Source: Mobula hypostoma (Eukaryota). From it: 64,000 nt of DNA. This document shows, one piece after another, positions 61,541-64,000 of the stretch. The translations under genes were made by a program, and so were the position numbers. The notes under the pieces were generated by a model. That model ran no database searches, was not told the origin of the DNA, and worked only from the letters and a program-made list of their open reading frames with translations. Numbering within the stretch: position 1 is the stretch's first letter; every line of letters begins with the position of its first letter. The stretch spans positions 23,126,001 through 23,190,000 of the forward strand of contig NC_086121.1 of assembly GCF_963921235.1 (NCBI RefSeq), given 5' to 3'.

Positions 61541-63196
61541 ATAGAAACATAGACAATAGGTGCAGGAGTAGGCCATTCGGCCCTTCGAGCCTGCACCGCC
61601 ATTCAGTACGATCATGGCTGATCATCCAACTCAGAACCCTGTACCTGCCTTCCCTCCATACCCCCTGATCCCCGTAGCCACAAGGGCCATACCTAACCTT
61701 GTACAATATCTATCTTTGTACAACTGCAGTAGTACGTCCCTGCTCCTGTACTCGAATCCTCTCGCTATAAATGCCAGCATACCATTTGCCTTTTTCACCG
61801 CCTGCTGTACCTGCATGCCCACTTTCAATGACTGGTGTATAATGACACCCAGGTCTCGTTGCACCTCCCCTTTTCCTAATCGGCCACCATTCAGATAATA
61901 ATCTGTTTTCCTGTTTTTGCCACCAAAGTGGATAACCTCACATTTACCCACATTAAATTGCATCTGCCATGAATTTGCCCATTCACCTAATCTATCCAAG
62001 TCACCCTGCCTGCTCTTAGCATCCTCATTACAGCTAACACTGCCGCCCAGCTTCGTGTCATCCGCAAACTTGAAGGTGCTGCATTAAATTCCTTCATCTA
62101 GGTCATTAATATATATTGTAAACAACTGGGGTCCCAGCACTGAGCCTTGCGGTACCCCACTAGTCACTGCCTGCCATTCTGAAAAGGTCCCGTTTATTCC
62201 CACTCTTTGCTTCCTGTCTGCTAACCAATTCCTTATCCACATCAATACCTTACCCCCAATACCGTGTGCTTTAAGTTTGCACACTAATCTCCTGTGTGGG
62301 ACCTTGTCAAAAGCCTTTTGAAAATTCAAATATACCACATCCACTGGTTCTCCCCTATCCACTCTACTAGTTACATCCTCAAAAAATTCTATGAGATTCG
62401 TCAGACATGATTTTCCTTTCACAAATCCATGCTGACTTTGTCCGATCATTTCTCCGCTTTCCAAATGTGCTGTTATCACATCTTTGATAACTGACTCCAG
62501 CAGTTTCCCCACCACCGACGTTAGGCTAACCGGTCTATAATTCCCCGGTTTCTCTCTCCCTCCTTTTTTAAAAAGTGGGGTTACATTAGCCACCCTCCAA
62601 TCCTCAGGAACTAGTCCAGAATCTAAAGAGTTTTGAAAAATTATCACTAATGCATCCACTATTTCTTGGGCTACTTCCTTAAGCACTCTGGGATGCAGAC
62701 CATCTGGCCCTGGGGATTTATCTGCCTTTAATCCGTTCAATTTACCTAACACCACTTCCTTACTAACATGTATTTCGCTCAGTTCCTCCATCTCACTGGA
62801 CCCTCTGTCCCCTACTATTTCTGGAAGATTATTTATGTCCTTCTTCGTGAAGACAGAACCAAAGTAATTATTCAATTGGTCTGCCATGTCCTTGCTCCCC
62901 ATAATCAATTCACCTGTTTCTGTCTGCAGGGGACCGACATTTGTCTTTACCAGTCTTTTCCTTTTTACATATCTATAAAAGCTTTTACAGTCCGTTTTTA
63001 TGTTCCCTGCCAATTTTCTCTCATAATCTTTTTCCCCCTTCCTAATTAAGCCCTTTGTCCTCCTCTGCTGAACTCTGAATTTCTCCCAGTCCTCAGGTGA
63101 GCCACTTTCTCTGGCTAATTTGTATGCTTCTTCTTTGGAATTGATACTATCCCTAATTTCCCTTGTCAGCCACGGGTGCACTATCTTCCCTGATTT
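61541..63196 (-). mobile_element. Young 5'-truncated CR1 LINE (~1.65 kb, RT domains) inserted in the 42-bp array, carrying the same internal deletion as 55549-56137
   Basis: ORF 62084-63181 contains [56 protein letters not shown] and [14 protein letters not shown]. The ATAGAAACATAG tail lies at 61541. Confidence 0.95.
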
Positions 63197-64000
63197 ATCC
63201 CGGTGAATCTCCTCTGCACTCTCTCTAACTGGACAGCATCCTGGTGGATCGCCTCTGCACCCTCTCTAATCCAGGCAGCATCCTGGTGAATCTCCTCTGC
63301 ACCCTCTCTAATCCAGGCAGCATCCTGGTCAATCTCCTCTGCACCCTCTCTGACCCAGGCAGCATCCTGGTGAATCTCCTCTGCACCCTCTCTGATCCGG
63401 ACAGCAGCCTGGTGAATCTCCTCTGCTCCCTCTCTAATCCAGACAGCATCCTGGTGAATCTCGTCTGCACCCTCTCTAATCCAGGCAGCATCCTGTTGAT
63501 TCTCCTCTGCACCCTCTCTAATCCAGACAGCATCCTGGTGAATCTCCTCTGCACCCTCTCTAATCCAGACAGCATCCTGGTGAATCTCCTCTACACCCTC
63601 TCTAATCCAGGCAGCATCCTGGCGAATCTCTTCTGCACTCTCTCCAATCCGGGCAGCATCCTGGCGAATCTCCTCTGCACCCTCTCTAATCCAGGCAGCG
63701 TCCTGGTGAATCTCCTCTGCACCATCTCTAATCCAGGCAGCATCCTGGTGAATCTCCTTTGCACCCTCTCTAATCCAGGCAGCATCCTGGTGAATCTCCT
63801 CTGCACCCTCTCTGACCCAGGCAGCATCCTGGTGAATCTCCTCTGCACCCTCTCTGATCCGGGCAGCAGCCTGGTGAATCTCCTCTGCACCCTCTCTAAT
63901 CCAGGCAGCATCCTGGTGAATCTCCTCTGCACCCTCTCTAATCCGGGCAGCATCCTGGCGAATCTCTTCTGCACCCTCTCTAATCCAGGCAGCATCCTGG
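63197..64000. repeat. Continuation of the 42-bp CR1-derived minisatellite (about 19 units, runs off the window)
   Basis: Same unit; ORFs read ([14 protein letters not shown])n. Confidence 0.97.

Noticed and set aside
59280-61706. 808-, 620- and 571-aa repeat ORFs as a real repeat protein gene
   Set aside because: They are explained by in-frame amplification of 42 bp of CR1 ORF2, with no promoter or splice evidence. Kept only as a repeat finding.
62084-63181. Active, autonomous retrotransposon
   Set aside because: It is 5'-truncated (no ORF1 or endonuclease), has a stop after NDLDEGI and carries an internal deletion.

Overview
Vertebrate nuclear DNA, not prokaryotic. It is most likely a cartilaginous fish, inferred from the CR1/HER1-type LINE fragments with TTCTATGT-type tails. 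About 85% of the window is tandem or low-complexity repeat. Two split genes lie on the + strand. (1) The 3' part of a tapasin-family (TAPBPL/TAPBPR-like) type I membrane protein gene: an Ig C1-set exon (35505-35852), a TM exon (40225-40329), two short cytoplasmic exons (45114-45142, 45543-45557 with stop) and a candidate poly(A) signal at 50591. All junctions are GT-AG and phase-compatible. (2) MLF2: a CpG-rich promoter at about 53.7-54.2 kb and one clear coding exon at 59344-59497. The introns and flanks hold different minisatellites: a >35 kb 47-bp array, a ~32-bp array, a 62-bp array with RSS-like geometry, a G-rich array, and a 42-bp array derived from CR1 ORF2 ([14 protein letters not shown])n. 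Several 5'-truncated CR1 LINEs and two N gaps are also present. Nearly all long ORFs in the supplied track are repeat artefacts.
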